64,000 bases of DNA from a bacterium (GTDB lineage Bacteria; SAR324; NAC60-12): contig CBDBHR010000025.1 in NCBI GenBank assembly GCA_965205865.1, positions 192,001-256,000 of the forward strand. The letters are read 5' to 3'. The notes under the pieces are model-generated. The model was not told the origin of the DNA and did no database searches. It was given only the letters and a program-made list of their open reading frames with translations. Position 1 is the first letter of the stretch, and each line of letters starts with the position of its first letter. Made by a program: the position numbers and the translations under genes. Positions 19,892-30,652 of the stretch are shown piece after piece.

Positions 19892-20917
19892 ATGATGCTG
19901 ACTGAACCACAAAAAAAGTGTCCGATTTGGCCAAACTATATCGCGACCATTGACTACTCAAACAACAGTATTCGCGTAGAGTCTGCACGAGCCGGTGGAT
20001 GTTACACGATTACCAACACTGCAAAGGAGATGTTAAATGATCTGGACGACTTGTCGAAGGTACGCTTGACTACCCTGCTCATTAATCAAAGAGAGCAAGG
20101 ATTGGAGATTCCGGAAGTTACACACATATTGATAGAAGATGCAAAATCCGGGACTTCTCTTCTAGCTCACGACCGCGCAGACAGGCTTCTCAAATACTTT
20201 GTGGGTTGCTCGGGGATTGTAGGTAACGAAGTAAACATTAGATACAATACTCCTGAAATATGGAGTGCAATCCCTGGGGCAGAATCAACGAAGTTGGATG
20301 AAGTCTTCTCTCTGAAATTATGGGGGGCAATGGCTTGGTCCGAATCAACGGAGTTTCAAGAAGTCTTCTTCCTGACCACATACTTAAAGGAGCAAGGCTG
20401 GATCAAAACAAATCATACGTTTGGTGAAATGGGGATTTGCGTGTCAATTGATGGATACAGACACATCAATGATTCGATTACAACAATCGATCCGGCTCAG
20501 GCATTTGTCGCCATGTGGTTTGATGAAGAGATGACGATTGCGTACGAGGAAGGAATAAAGAAGGCGGTGGAGTCAGCCGGCTACACGCCTATGAGAATTG
20601 ATAAGAAACCGGATGTCAACAAAATCGATGATGAGATTATCGCTGAGATTCGACGCTCTCGATTCCTGATAGCGGATTTCACGCATGGAGACGACGGCGC
20701 AAGAGGTGGCGTCTACTTTGAAGCGGGATTCGCATTCGGCCTTGGGCTTCCCGTGATTTATACTTGCCGAAAAGATATGGTAGACCAACTTCACTTCGAC
20801 ACGCGGCAATACCATCATATCGTTTGGGAGCAGCCTGCCGACCTGCGGCGTGATCTGAAAAACAGAATCCAAGCGTTGATCGGAGAAGGTCCAAACAAAG
20901 GCATCCCCGTCACTTAG
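19892..20917 (+). CDS. Protein with C-terminal nucleoside 2-deoxyribosyltransferase/TIR-like domain
   Basis: AFVAMWF...IDDEIIAEIRRSRFLIADFT...GVYFEAGFAFGLGLPVIYTC...HFDTRQY. Confidence 0.75.
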   Translation: MMLTEPQKKCPIWPNYIATIDYSNNSIRVESARAGGCYTITNTAKEMLNDLDDLSKVRLTTLLINQREQGLEIPEVTHILIEDAKSGTSLLAHDRADRLLKYFVGCSGIVGNEVNIRYNTPEIWSAIPGAESTKLDEVFSLKLWGAMAWSESTEFQEVFFLTTYLKEQGWIKTNHTFGEMGICVSIDGYRHINDSITTIDPAQAFVAMWFDEEMTIAYEEGIKKAVESAGYTPMRIDKKPDVNKIDDEIIAEIRRSRFLIADFTHGDDGARGGVYFEAGFAFGLGLPVIYTCRKDMVDQLHFDTRQYHHIVWEQPADLRRDLKNRIQALIGEGPNKGIPVT

Positions 20918-20996
20918 AGAGCAGAAAACAGCAAAGTGTATAACATGGGTGGCCATGGCATGAGATGATACTGAATCCATAGAAAAGGAAAACCGT

Positions 20997-22718
20997 ATGA
21001 TTGATCCAATTCATTCTTTAGCGTTTGCACTCCAATCCAATCGTGGCATTTACGCTGTCTTGCTTGGATCCGGTGTGTCTCGTTCGGCGGGTATTCTGAC
21101 AGGTTGGGAGATTACGCTCGACTTGATTCAAAAAGTTGCAGTTCTGCACGGTGAGACAGTTGCCTCCGAACCAGAGAGTTGGTATCAGGAGAAATTCGGA
21201 AAGGAACCCGACTATTCCGAGCTTCTTGATAACCTCGCTATAACAGCGGCTGAGCGACAACAATTATTGCGTTCCTATTGGGAGCCGAATGAACAAGAGC
21301 GTGAGGAGGGATTAAAACAACCCACTGCGGCACACCATGCCATTGCAGCGCTGGTTGCACGAGGTTTTGTCAAGGTCATTATTACGACGAATTTCGACCG
21401 CCTGATTGAAAGCGCATTGAGGGAGCAAGGTGTTGTACCAAAGATTATAAGTTCGCTTGACCATGTGCAGGGTATGCTTCCACTTATCCACACAAAATGC
21501 TGCGTATTCAAGATTCATGGGGACTATCTCGACACCCGTATTTTAAATACACCCAATGAACTTGCAGCCTTTCCCCATGAGTTCAACCGACTTCTCGATC
21601 GCATTTTCGATGAGTTCGGTCTAATCGTATGCGGCTGGTCAGCGGAGTGGGACGGGGCGTTGCGTGAGGCAATCTTCCGGACTCCATCGCGACGATTTAC
21701 GACCTATTGGACGGCAAGGGGTGAACTCGGGGATGAAGCTCGACGACTGGTTGAACATCGTGATGCCCAGGTGATTTCAATTAAGGACGCTGACACATTT
21801 TTTCATACCGTCCATGGATTTGTCGAAGCCTTGGAAAAATTTTCAAAGCCACATCCGTTAACGACAGAAGTTGCTGTCGCGAATCTTAAACGTTATCTCT
21901 CCGAACCTCGATATCAGATACAGCTAACCGATCTGGTCATTGAAACTACAAATCGAGTGGTTGAATCAACGTCTAGTGAAGCTTTTTCAGTATCAGGACG
22001 TCCAACGAAGGAATCTTTAACGGAGCGGATGCTTGCCTACGAAGCGATCTGTTCAACTCTACTGGCGATGGCAGCAGTAGGAGGTTACTGGGCGAAGCAA
22101 GATCAATATCGTATTTGGCAAGATGCCCTTATTCGTCTCAGTGAAAGGAACCACAGCAGAGGAGATCAGTCATGGCTTGTTTTACAAAAATATCCGGGAA
22201 CACTCTTGCTTTACTCCTTGGGTCTCGGGGCAGTCGCGAAAGATCGAATTGAATTTCTGAGAGAGATTTTTCTTACTCCGATCCATCAACAAAATAGTGT
22301 CGATCGTCTCGCAGTTGATTTACTTTCGCCGAGTCGTTTGTACTCTGAATTGCGAGCTGATTTCCAGGAGAATGAAATGTTCCTTAATAATCGTTTGCAC
22401 AAAGAGTTAAAACAATATACTACGCGACTTATTCCGAACGACGACCGATACACGGCGATCTTCGACAAGCTCGAGATTTTACTGGCACTCAATCGTAAGT
22501 ATAGTTCTGGTTGGTTTTCAGTGGGCAGATTTGCGTACCAATTCCAGAATGCAAAGAAAGTCTTTCAGGAAATAGAGGAATCCATAACACGGTTGCAAGA
22601 TAAGTCACCTTTCGTACAATGCGGAATCTTCGGAAAAAATGCCCAAGAATGCAATCAGCGCCTTGATGAACTGAAGAATTTTATTGCCGGCCTCACTCCT
22701 TTAATAAGGTCTTATTGA
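20997..22718 (+). CDS. SIR2-like domain protein
   Basis: LLGSGVSRSAGI, ITTNFDRLIE, KIHGDY and CGWSAEWD. Confidence 0.88.
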   Translation: MIDPIHSLAFALQSNRGIYAVLLGSGVSRSAGILTGWEITLDLIQKVAVLHGETVASEPESWYQEKFGKEPDYSELLDNLAITAAERQQLLRSYWEPNEQEREEGLKQPTAAHHAIAALVARGFVKVIITTNFDRLIESALREQGVVPKIISSLDHVQGMLPLIHTKCCVFKIHGDYLDTRILNTPNELAAFPHEFNRLLDRIFDEFGLIVCGWSAEWDGALREAIFRTPSRRFTTYWTARGELGDEARRLVEHRDAQVISIKDADTFFHTVHGFVEALEKFSKPHPLTTEVAVANLKRYLSEPRYQIQLTDLVIETTNRVVESTSSEAFSVSGRPTKESLTERMLAYEAICSTLLAMAAVGGYWAKQDQYRIWQDALIRLSERNHSRGDQSWLVLQKYPGTLLLYSLGLGAVAKDRIEFLREIFLTPIHQQNSVDRLAVDLLSPSRLYSELRADFQENEMFLNNRLHKELKQYTTRLIPNDDRYTAIFDKLEILLALNRKYSSGWFSVGRFAYQFQNAKKVFQEIEESITRLQDKSPFVQCGIFGKNAQECNQRLDELKNFIAGLTPLIRSY

Positions 22719-23114
22719 ATTTTAGTAAGTTCGATTAATTCTGAGATGGCGACAATGTCTTTTCTTGGAAAGTGGGAACAAGGGTTTTTAGCTCCATAGT
22801 AGCAATTCCCTACACGACACGACCCGGGTAGTTTTTCGAAGATAAGATTATAGAATGGAGCTACCGCCAAAAATGAACTTGGTTGAATTTACTCAAGAGA
22901 AACGGTACGAGAGGCGGAGTAGATGAATAGACCGGAATTGCGCATACTTGACCTGCCAGTTATCTTTACATATCATGAGGATTCGCTGTAAACTCTGCAT
23001 TGCGACACCGAGCGCTACTGTCTATCGTATGGACCGGCTCGCTGGATTTGCGTAGAAAACTGAAGAATCACACACTTGCAGTGATTGGCCATGGTAAAAA
23101 GCTTATAAGATCCC

Positions 23115-23202
23115 ATGACCACTCTGCCCGAAGTGACTTCGAGCACGCCTTGCTGACTTGACTGAAGGGCTTGGCCTGAATGCAACCGCCCATCGGGACC
23201 GG
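23115..23202 (+). pseudogene. hsdR: Decayed 5' end of an hsdR
   Basis: Reads MTTLPE(S)DFEHALLT*LKGLA* with a 1-nt gap, aligning codon-by-codon to [22 protein letters not shown] of hsdR at 26596; both TGA fall on Trp positions. Confidence 0.72.
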
Positions 23203-23229
23203 CCACGTGTAGATAAGGAGATCAATATA

Positions 23230-24351
23230 ATGGTTGAGCATATTGATATTAAAGAGAAAACCAAAGCTCTTGCTGAAGTTGAAATCGAGGGTCTTGAAGA
23301 CAAAGAGGAAGCGTCATGGGGAGACTACCCGATAGACACGCTTCATATTCGGCACGATATTCGCACAGTCTTTGATGTGTTGCGACGAATCAAAAGTCGG
23401 ACCTTTGTGATGGACCCGGAGTTTCAGAGAGATTTTATATGGGATATTGACAAGCAGAGCAAGTTCATCGAATCCGTGCTGATGCGGATTCCTCTGCCGG
23501 TTTTCTACCTGGCGGAAGACAACCAGGGACAGGTGGTGGTTGTGGATGGTTTACAGCGCTTGTCGACTTTCAAGAATTTCGTTGATGGCAAATTACGTTT
23601 GAAAATTCCAGGTCACGGCGAACTGAACGAAAAAAAATTTGGAGACCTGACGCCAAAGCTTCAGAATCGCATCGAAGATTGTAACCTGATCCTCTACATC
23701 ATTGATGCGAAAGTGCCTGAGCGCGCATGCCTGGACATTTTCGATCGAGTAAATAGTGGCGTTCCCTTGACGCGGCAGCAGATGCGCAACTGCCTTTTCA
23801 TGGGTCCGGCGACACGATTCCTGAAAGAAGAATCCCGTACCGAAACCTTCCTGGAGGCAACCGGAGGTAGCCTGAAAAAAGAAAAGATGCGTGACAGGGA
23901 ATTCGTGAACAGGTTTTGCGCATTCCAACTTCTCACTCCCGACAGGTACAAGGGCAGCATGGACGATTTCCTGGCAGATGGATTGAGAGATATGAACAGA
24001 ATGCAGCCAGAGGAATTGGAGAAGCTATCCAAGCAGTTTCAAACGGGGCTGGCTAACAATTTCAAGGTGTTTGGCAGGCATGCCTTCAGGAAACATCACA
24101 GCAGAGAAGAAAACCGTAGTGTGATCAATGCTTCGCTCTGGGACGTGATGTCGACCGGGCTCTCGCGCTACTCGCCGGGTTTGGTTGAATCCCGGGACCA
24201 AGACCTGCGACATCGGTTCTACAGGTTGATGAAAGACGAAACATTCCAGAATGATATTACATACGGTACGAACGGTTTGCGACAAGTCAAACAGCGCTTC
24301 CAGGCTGCTAATTTCATTCTTCAGGAGGTGTTCAATGATCACTCGGATTGA
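23230..24351 (+). CDS. DUF262 (ParB/Srx-like) protein; Menshen NsnA-like
   Basis: PEFQRDFIW, FIESVLMRIPLP, VVDGLQRL and FDRVNSG; AAGGAG RBS. Confidence 0.88.
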   Translation: MVEHIDIKEKTKALAEVEIEGLEDKEEASWGDYPIDTLHIRHDIRTVFDVLRRIKSRTFVMDPEFQRDFIWDIDKQSKFIESVLMRIPLPVFYLAEDNQGQVVVVDGLQRLSTFKNFVDGKLRLKIPGHGELNEKKFGDLTPKLQNRIEDCNLILYIIDAKVPERACLDIFDRVNSGVPLTRQQMRNCLFMGPATRFLKEESRTETFLEATGGSLKKEKMRDREFVNRFCAFQLLTPDRYKGSMDDFLADGLRDMNRMQPEELEKLSKQFQTGLANNFKVFGRHAFRKHHSREENRSVINASLWDVMSTGLSRYSPGLVESRDQDLRHRFYRLMKDETFQNDITYGTNGLRQVKQRFQAANFILQEVFNDHSD

Positions 24352-25465
24352 TCTGGAGAAATTCAAGTGCTTCGATATTCTCAAACTCCCGTTGGGTTCG
24401 CTGACGGTACTATCAGGCGCAAATGCCTCAGGAAAGTCCTCGGTCTTGCAGTCTTTCGCATTGTTGCAGCAGACCATGCGCGAGAACGAGTGGTCGAGGA
24501 CTCTCATCCTCAATGGCACGGTTGCGCAACTTGGTACAGTCCTGGACGTCGTGGACAAAGTACATGGTCGGCATGAGTGTAGTATTGGATTGATAGATGG
24601 AGACTCTAGTTACCGGTGGACTTTTACGGGAGACCGTACTGACATGTCCATGCCTGTTGAGCGTGTGGTCGTCGATGGAAAGACGTTCGACAAACCGGAT
24701 CGACTGCGCTACTTGCTTCCTACCGAGAACAAAACGTCTTCGTTATCCCTGCGTCTGCGAGACCTGACATACATCACGGCAGAAAGGCTCGGTCCCCGTG
24801 AAGTTTACAACCTGTATGATCCACAGATTGCTCCGGTGGTGGGTTCGGCCGGCGAATACGCTGTCAGTGTTCTTCATTCAGGACGCGACGAAAAAGTCTG
24901 CCCGGAACTGGTCCTTCCGGATAACCCAGTTACGCTCCTGCAGCAAACGGTAGCACGAATGCGGGTCTTTTTTCCGGGTTGCGGATTGGACATCCAACCG
25001 GTGTTCCACGCGAATGCGGTGACAATTGGATTTCGCACTTCGGAGAATACGGACTACCATCGTCCCATTCATGCCGGATTCGGTCTCACCCAGATTCTGC
25101 CAATAGTCGTCGCCTCGCTATCCGCCAGACGAGACGACCTTCTCCTGATCGAAAATCCGGAGGTTCACCTTCATCCGGCCGGGCAGGCGCTGATGGGAGC
25201 GTTCATGGCCGAAGTGGCACAGGCGGGGGTTCAGGTGATCCTGGAGACTCATAGCGACCACGTGTTGAACGGTATCCGGCGAGCTGTAAAGGCTGGAAAG
25301 CTTTCCTTCGAGCACGTTGCTATCCACTTCTTCAGGCCAAGATCATCCGATTCTGCGCAGGTAGTCAGTCCTGTTTTGGACAGTACAGGCAACATAGACA
25401 TGTGGCCGGAGGGTTTTTTTGACCAATTCGACAAAGATATGAACCATTTTGCCGGATGGGAGTAG
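24335..25465 (+). CDS. ABC/AAA ATPase with DUF3696; Menshen NsnB-like
   Basis: GANASGKS, IENPEVHLHP, ETHSDH and WPEGFFDQ; GGAGG RBS. Confidence 0.88.
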   Translation: MITRIDLEKFKCFDILKLPLGSLTVLSGANASGKSSVLQSFALLQQTMRENEWSRTLILNGTVAQLGTVLDVVDKVHGRHECSIGLIDGDSSYRWTFTGDRTDMSMPVERVVVDGKTFDKPDRLRYLLPTENKTSSLSLRLRDLTYITAERLGPREVYNLYDPQIAPVVGSAGEYAVSVLHSGRDEKVCPELVLPDNPVTLLQQTVARMRVFFPGCGLDIQPVFHANAVTIGFRTSENTDYHRPIHAGFGLTQILPIVVASLSARRDDLLLIENPEVHLHPAGQALMGAFMAEVAQAGVQVILETHSDHVLNGIRRAVKAGKLSFEHVAIHFFRPRSSDSAQVVSPVLDSTGNIDMWPEGFFDQFDKDMNHFAGWE

Positions 25466-25469
25466 GAAT

Positions 25470-26417
25470 TTGGATTTTATTGTTAACGACCTGTCTTTCC
25501 ACGGTCAGTTTTTTAACATCACGACATTCCTTCAGTCACTTGGACGAGTCCTGAGGATGCGAACGATAGCACGGCGCTTTGGTCGGGAATTGTATTGTCA
25601 CAGAAATATCGCTTCGACTTGCGTCATGCCGAACATGTCGTTGCAGAAGGCAATTCAAAGATTGTCGCAAGACAAGCGTCGATCAATAATGGTGTGGCTG
25701 ACGAAGAATGGACCGTTCTGGGAAGATGAGCGAAGTCATGGGTCGGATGATTATCTTGAATGCAAGGGGGAAGTAGTCACGGACACCGCCGTTGGAGAAG
25801 CTGCTTACTGCTGTCTGAACCTCAGTGAACGCCATCTCGTGAGTCTGGTGCCTTCGTCATGGGATTTCTCGCCTGTCGTGGTGAAGTGGTACAGGGACGA
25901 TGCCGATGTCCGGGAAGTCTTGGTCGCTAATTACCGTAACTCCACCGAACTGGAAGACATACTCAGATCTGCTCCTGCTGCCATCAAATCGTGGAAAGAT
26001 CTGGAACAATCTTCAAGATCCCGCTGCTCACATCTGACCTTCTTGGCAGATTGCTTTGACCCTCTCCTCGGCCACCCTTTCGTAAACAGTGCTGCACGTC
26101 TTGTATCGAGACAGTTGGAGACGTTGGACCGGTTCAAAGCTGTAAGGGGAAGGAATTCCACAGAGGGGAACAGACTTTACCAAGATCATTTCACGGGAAC
26201 AAGGGCGTGGTTCTCGGACTCGTCAGATACCGAGAAAGTCGAGTTTCGAAACAAGTTGACATTCCAGCATCCGGCCAATACGCAAAAAACATTGTTTTGT
26301 ACGTGGCACGGGAAAGTTAACTACCATACACCGATCCGTATTCACTTTTCATGGCCTGTACAGGCTTCGGAACCACTGTACGTGACTTACATTGGACCAA
26401 AGCTCACCCTTAAGTAA
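25470..26417 (+). CDS. Hypothetical third gene of the DUF262-ATPase trio (NsnC-like effector)
   Basis: Tightly coupled; C-terminal WHGK...RIHF...YVTYIGPKL resembles RelE-like folds; TTG start inferred. Confidence 0.65.
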   Translation: MDFIVNDLSFHGQFFNITTFLQSLGRVLRMRTIARRFGRELYCHRNIASTCVMPNMSLQKAIQRLSQDKRRSIMVWLTKNGPFWEDERSHGSDDYLECKGEVVTDTAVGEAAYCCLNLSERHLVSLVPSSWDFSPVVVKWYRDDADVREVLVANYRNSTELEDILRSAPAAIKSWKDLEQSSRSRCSHLTFLADCFDPLLGHPFVNSAARLVSRQLETLDRFKAVRGRNSTEGNRLYQDHFTGTRAWFSDSSDTEKVEFRNKLTFQHPANTQKTLFCTWHGKVNYHTPIRIHFSWPVQASEPLYVTYIGPKLTLK

Positions 26418-26595
26418 GCGCCTACTGTCCCAGTCCGGATCATGGGTATGATTCACGATGTGTTCAGGTCATCATTGGAACTCGACATGAACTCCACATG
26501 CAATTGGATTGACACGCAAACCAACCGATGATTTGGAAAGAAACAGCTACACTGGAATCAGGGATGACTTGTTGCCTTCCGGGAAAAATTGAACC

Positions 26596-29500
26596 ATGAC
26601 CACCATCACCGAATCCGATGTTGAACAGAGCGCGCTGGGCTGGCTCGAAAGACTGGGCTGGAGGGTTGTTCGGGGAGGCGACATCGCCCCCGGCACCGTC
26701 AATGCGGAACGTTTCGACTATGGGCAGGTGGTGCTGGAAAGACGTCTGCGCGATGCGCTTGCACGGCTCAACCCGGATCTTCCCGCCGTAGGGTTGGACG
26801 ATGCCTTCCGCAGGCTGACTCGCGCGGAGGGAGCGACGCTCGAAATCCGCAACCGCGCGTTCCACCGCATGATCGTGGATGGGATAACGGTCGAACACCG
26901 CGTCGACAACGGAAGAATCCGGGGTGCGCAAGCCCGCGTGATTGACTTCGACAGTCCCGCCAACAACGATTGGCTGGCGGTCAAGCAGTTCACCGTAGTC
27001 GAGAACAAGCATGAACGGCGTCCCGACCTGGCGCTGTTCGTCAACGGCTTGCCCCTGTGCTTGATTGAACTGAAGAACCCGGCAGACGAGGAAGCGACGA
27101 TTTGGACTGCCTGGCAGCAACTCCGGACCTACAAAGCCGAGTTGCCGTCGCTGTTTGCCATGAATGCGGCCCTGATGGTCTCGGACGGTATGGAAGCGCG
27201 GGTCGGCACGTTGACTTGCGGACGGGAGTGGTTCAAACCCTGGCGTACCATATCGGGTGAGACGCTGGCTGATGCTCACCTGCCCCAATTGCAGGTGATG
27301 CTGGAAGGTATTTGCGAGCCGCGCCGGTTCCTTTCACTGGTTCGTGATTTTATCGTATTCGACGACGATAGCAGCGGCATGCTGGTCAAAAAGATGGCAG
27401 GCTACCACCAGTTTCATGCAGTCGAGGTGGCGGTCGCCGAGACCCTGCGCGCCACCGAGTTGCAACAAGAGATCGAGCAGGTCTCTGATATAGGCCGCTA
27501 TAAATCGGGTCGTCAACCTGGAGGCGCGCCTGGCGACCGGCGCATCGGCGTAGTCTGGCACACCCAGGGTTCGGGCAAGAGCCTGACCATGGCCTTTTAT
27601 GCCGGGCGCATCATCCGCGAGCCGGCGATGGCCAACCCGACCGTGGTCGTGCTCACCGACCGCAATGACCTGGACGACCAGCTCTTCGGCACCTTCGCCC
27701 GTTGTCGTGACTTGCTTCGCCAACCACCGGTACAGGCCGAAAACCGGGCCGACTTACGCGACAGACTGGCGGTCGTATCGGGCGGCGTGATTTTCACCAC
27801 CATCCAGAAGTTCTTCCCCGAGGAGAAGGGAGACCGGCATTCCATGCTCTCGAAACGGCGCAACATCGTGGTCATCGCGGACGAAGCGCACCGCAGTCAA
27901 TACGACTTCATAGACGGATACGCGCGCCACATGCGAGATGCCCTGCCCAATGCCTCCTTCGTCGGCTTCACCGGTACTCCGATTGAACTTCTGGACGCCA
28001 ACACCCGCGCCGTATTCGGTGATTACATCAGCATTTACGACGTCCAACGCGCCGTCGAGGACAAGGCGACGGTTCCGATCTATTACGAGAGCCGGCTGGC
28101 CAGGTTGACACTGGACGAAGATGAGAAAGCGAGCATCGACCCCGAGTTCGAGGAGGCCACCGAGGGTGAGGAGATCGAGCGCAAAGAGAAGCTCAAGACC
28201 AAGTGGGCGCAACTCGAAGCAATCGTCGGCGCAGAAACGCGGCTCAAGCTGGTTGCCGGGGACATCGTCACTCATTTCGAACAACGCCTGGAAGCCCTTG
28301 AAGGCAAGGCGATGGTCGTCTGTATGAGCCGTCGCATCTGCGTCGATCTCTATGGCGAACTGGTGCGATTGCGCCCTGACTGGCACAAGGAAAACGACGA
28401 CAGCGGAAAAATCAAGGTGGTGATGACCGGCTCCGCATCAGACCCATCCGGCTGGCAAGCGCATATCCGCAACAAACTCCGGCGCGAGGCTTTGGCGAAT
28501 CGATTCCGTGACAACGACGATCCACTCCGTATCGTGCTGGTGCGTGACATGTGGCTGACCGGGTTTGACGCGCCGAGCCTGCACACCATGTATATCGACA
28601 AACCGATGCGCGGTCACGGGTTGATGCAGGCAATCGCCCGCGTCAATCGCGTGTTCAGGGACAAGCCAGGTGGGCTCGTGGTGGATTACCTCGGCCTTGC
28701 TCATGAATTAAAACGCGCGCTGGCGACCTACACCGAAAGCGGCGGCATAGGACGCACCGCGGTCGACCAGACAGAAGCGGTGATGGTGATGCTTGAAAAA
28801 TACGAGATCTGTTGCGGCCTGTTCCACGGATTCGACCGCTCCGGGTGGATTACCGGTACGCCGGCGGATCGGTTGAGCCTGCTGCCGGGTGCGCAGGAAC
28901 ACGTCCTGAAACAAGAAAACGGCAAGGACCGTTACCTGCATTCGGTACGTAATCTCTCTCAAGCCTTTGCGCTTGCCGTGCCGCATGAAGACGCGCTGCG
29001 CATCCGCAACGAGGTGGACTTCTTTCAGACCGTCCGGTCGGTGCTGTCCAAGCGAGCCACAGGCGATGTACGGCCGGAAGAAGAACTCGACCACGTGGTA
29101 CGCCAGATCATCTCGCGCGCTGTGGCGTCGGAGGGGGTGATCGACGTCTTTGCCGCAGCCGGATTGCAAAAGCCGGATATCGCGATACTGTCCGACGACT
29201 TCCTGGCCGAAGTGCAGGGCATCCCCCAGCGCAACCTCGCCGTGGAACTGTTGCAAAAACTGCTGAAGGGTGAACTTGCTACCCGCCGCCGCAAAAACGT
29301 GGTGCAGGCGCGCTCTTTCGCGGAAATGTTGGAACAGACGCTCCGCCGCTATCAGAATCGCACGGTCGAGGCGGCCCAGGTCATCGAGGAACTGATTCAC
29401 CTCGCAAAGGATATGCGCGAAGCCAACCAGCGAGGCGAGAAACTGGGTCTCGCGGAGGACGAACTGGCCTTCTACGACGCCTTGGAGAGCAACGATAGCG

Positions 29501-29739
29501 CCGTCCGGGTGCTTGGCGACGAGATCCTGCGGACGATCGCGCGCGAACTGGTCGAGACCGTACGCAGCAACGTGACCATCGACTGGACCATGCGCGAAAA
29601 CGTGCGCGCGAATCTTCGCGTGTTGGTCAAACGCACTTTACGCAAGCACGACTACCCACCGGATAAGCAGGAAAAGGCGACGCGGACCGTCCTGGAACAG
29701 GCGGAGGTTCTCTCCGGAGGGTGGGCTCTCTCGGGATGA
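26596..29739 (+). CDS. hsdR: Type I RM restriction subunit R
   Basis: RPDL...IELKN nuclease motif, [23 protein letters not shown] and QAIARVNR. Confidence 0.97.
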   Translation: MTTITESDVEQSALGWLERLGWRVVRGGDIAPGTVNAERFDYGQVVLERRLRDALARLNPDLPAVGLDDAFRRLTRAEGATLEIRNRAFHRMIVDGITVEHRVDNGRIRGAQARVIDFDSPANNDWLAVKQFTVVENKHERRPDLALFVNGLPLCLIELKNPADEEATIWTAWQQLRTYKAELPSLFAMNAALMVSDGMEARVGTLTCGREWFKPWRTISGETLADAHLPQLQVMLEGICEPRRFLSLVRDFIVFDDDSSGMLVKKMAGYHQFHAVEVAVAETLRATELQQEIEQVSDIGRYKSGRQPGGAPGDRRIGVVWHTQGSGKSLTMAFYAGRIIREPAMANPTVVVLTDRNDLDDQLFGTFARCRDLLRQPPVQAENRADLRDRLAVVSGGVIFTTIQKFFPEEKGDRHSMLSKRRNIVVIADEAHRSQYDFIDGYARHMRDALPNASFVGFTGTPIELLDANTRAVFGDYISIYDVQRAVEDKATVPIYYESRLARLTLDEDEKASIDPEFEEATEGEEIERKEKLKTKWAQLEAIVGAETRLKLVAGDIVTHFEQRLEALEGKAMVVCMSRRICVDLYGELVRLRPDWHKENDDSGKIKVVMTGSASDPSGWQAHIRNKLRREALANRFRDNDDPLRIVLVRDMWLTGFDAPSLHTMYIDKPMRGHGLMQAIARVNRVFRDKPGGLVVDYLGLAHELKRALATYTESGGIGRTAVDQTEAVMVMLEKYEICCGLFHGFDRSGWITGTPADRLSLLPGAQEHVLKQENGKDRYLHSVRNLSQAFALAVPHEDALRIRNEVDFFQTVRSVLSKRATGDVRPEEELDHVVRQIISRAVASEGVIDVFAAAGLQKPDIAILSDDFLAEVQGIPQRNLAVELLQKLLKGELATRRRKNVVQARSFAEMLEQTLRRYQNRTVEAAQVIEELIHLAKDMREANQRGEKLGLAEDELAFYDALESNDSAVRVLGDEILRTIARELVETVRSNVTIDWTMRENVRANLRVLVKRTLRKHDYPPDKQEKATRTVLEQAEVLSGGWALSG

Positions 29740-29817
29740 CAAAGGATTTATGGAAAACAAGTTGACTATTCAAGAAACGTCAAACAAATTTATTGGTTTC
29801 AAGCTCATCGACAAGAA

Positions 29818-30339
29818 TCACAGCCTCATATAAGTTTCTGTCACTTTAAATTTCTCTTCGTTTATTATGCCTGTGTAGGTTAATTGAATTCCATTGTCGA
29901 TCAACTTGTATATTGCGTTTTCTACTTTTGCCCCTCCACTGATAGAAGGAGGTGGTAAACAACCTTTTTCCCGAAGGTCGACGCTGATTACCTCGCCATT
30001 TTCATCGAGTGTAATTTCAACAATATCGTTAGAAGAGCAGTCAATTACAAAAGACTCCTCTAGAAAAAGTATGTTCGCCATCCCTCCCGATGTTGCGGAA
30101 TATTTTCCCTTTCCCAGCCATTTAAAAGTAACATGTAAATCCCCCTGGATTGTTGGGGCTATCGTTCCTATTTCATTGTTCTCGAGAACAAATGCCGACA
30201 GCCTGTATTTTCCGTCAGGGATCAATTGTTTCTCAGCAGGTACCGGTTCGGAATCGCCTCCCCCGCCTCCTGCACAGGAAAACAAAAATAACGCAAGAGC
30301 AACCAATCCTAAGTTCCTTAATTTTTCAAGTCTTTTCAT
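29818..30339 (-). CDS. Hypothetical lipoprotein
   Basis: Signal peptide with LFSC lipobox followed by a GGGGG linker. Confidence 0.75.
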   Translation of the reverse strand: MKRLEKLRNLGLVALALFLFSCAGGGGGDSEPVPAEKQLIPDGKYRLSAFVLENNEIGTIAPTIQGDLHVTFKWLGKGKYSATSGGMANILFLEESFVIDCSSNDIVEITLDENGEVISVDLREKGCLPPPSISGGAKVENAIYKLIDNGIQLTYTGIINEEKFKVTETYMRL

Positions 30340-30366
30340 AACGCATACTCCTTTTATTCATGAAAT

Positions 30367-30510
30367 GTAACTATTCAGGTGCGAAAACACTGGGCTAGAG
30401 GTCGACAGAACCTCTATATTGCGTCAAAATACATCAAAAGTGGATGATTTAGTGCGCTTTTTCAAAGGGAAATGCCCGCAAGCCCAGGAAACCCGCACCT
30501 GAATAGTTAC
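30367..30510. mobile_element. 144-bp MITE, probably IS66-type
   Basis: Perfect 17-bp TIR GTAACTATTCAGGTGCG and 8-bp target duplication CATGAAAT on both sides. Confidence 0.9.
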
Positions 30511-30652
30511 CATGAAATTATAAATCTACTGATTTTTAGACACGACCAGTGCTCTTTAACCACTGAAATTCCACAGACATATGACCTTTGCAAAAAATTA
30601 TGCAATGGCTTGAAGGGCTGATTCTATCAAAGTTCGTTTACATATCAAATAC

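Noticed and set aside
26540-26595. Further hsdS 3' scar (IRDDLLPSGK) just before hsdR
   Set aside because: The match is too short to separate from chance without a statistical search.
19531-26595. Integron attC sites between cargo genes
   Set aside because: No RYYYAAC...GTTRRRY-bounded palindromes and no intI seen.
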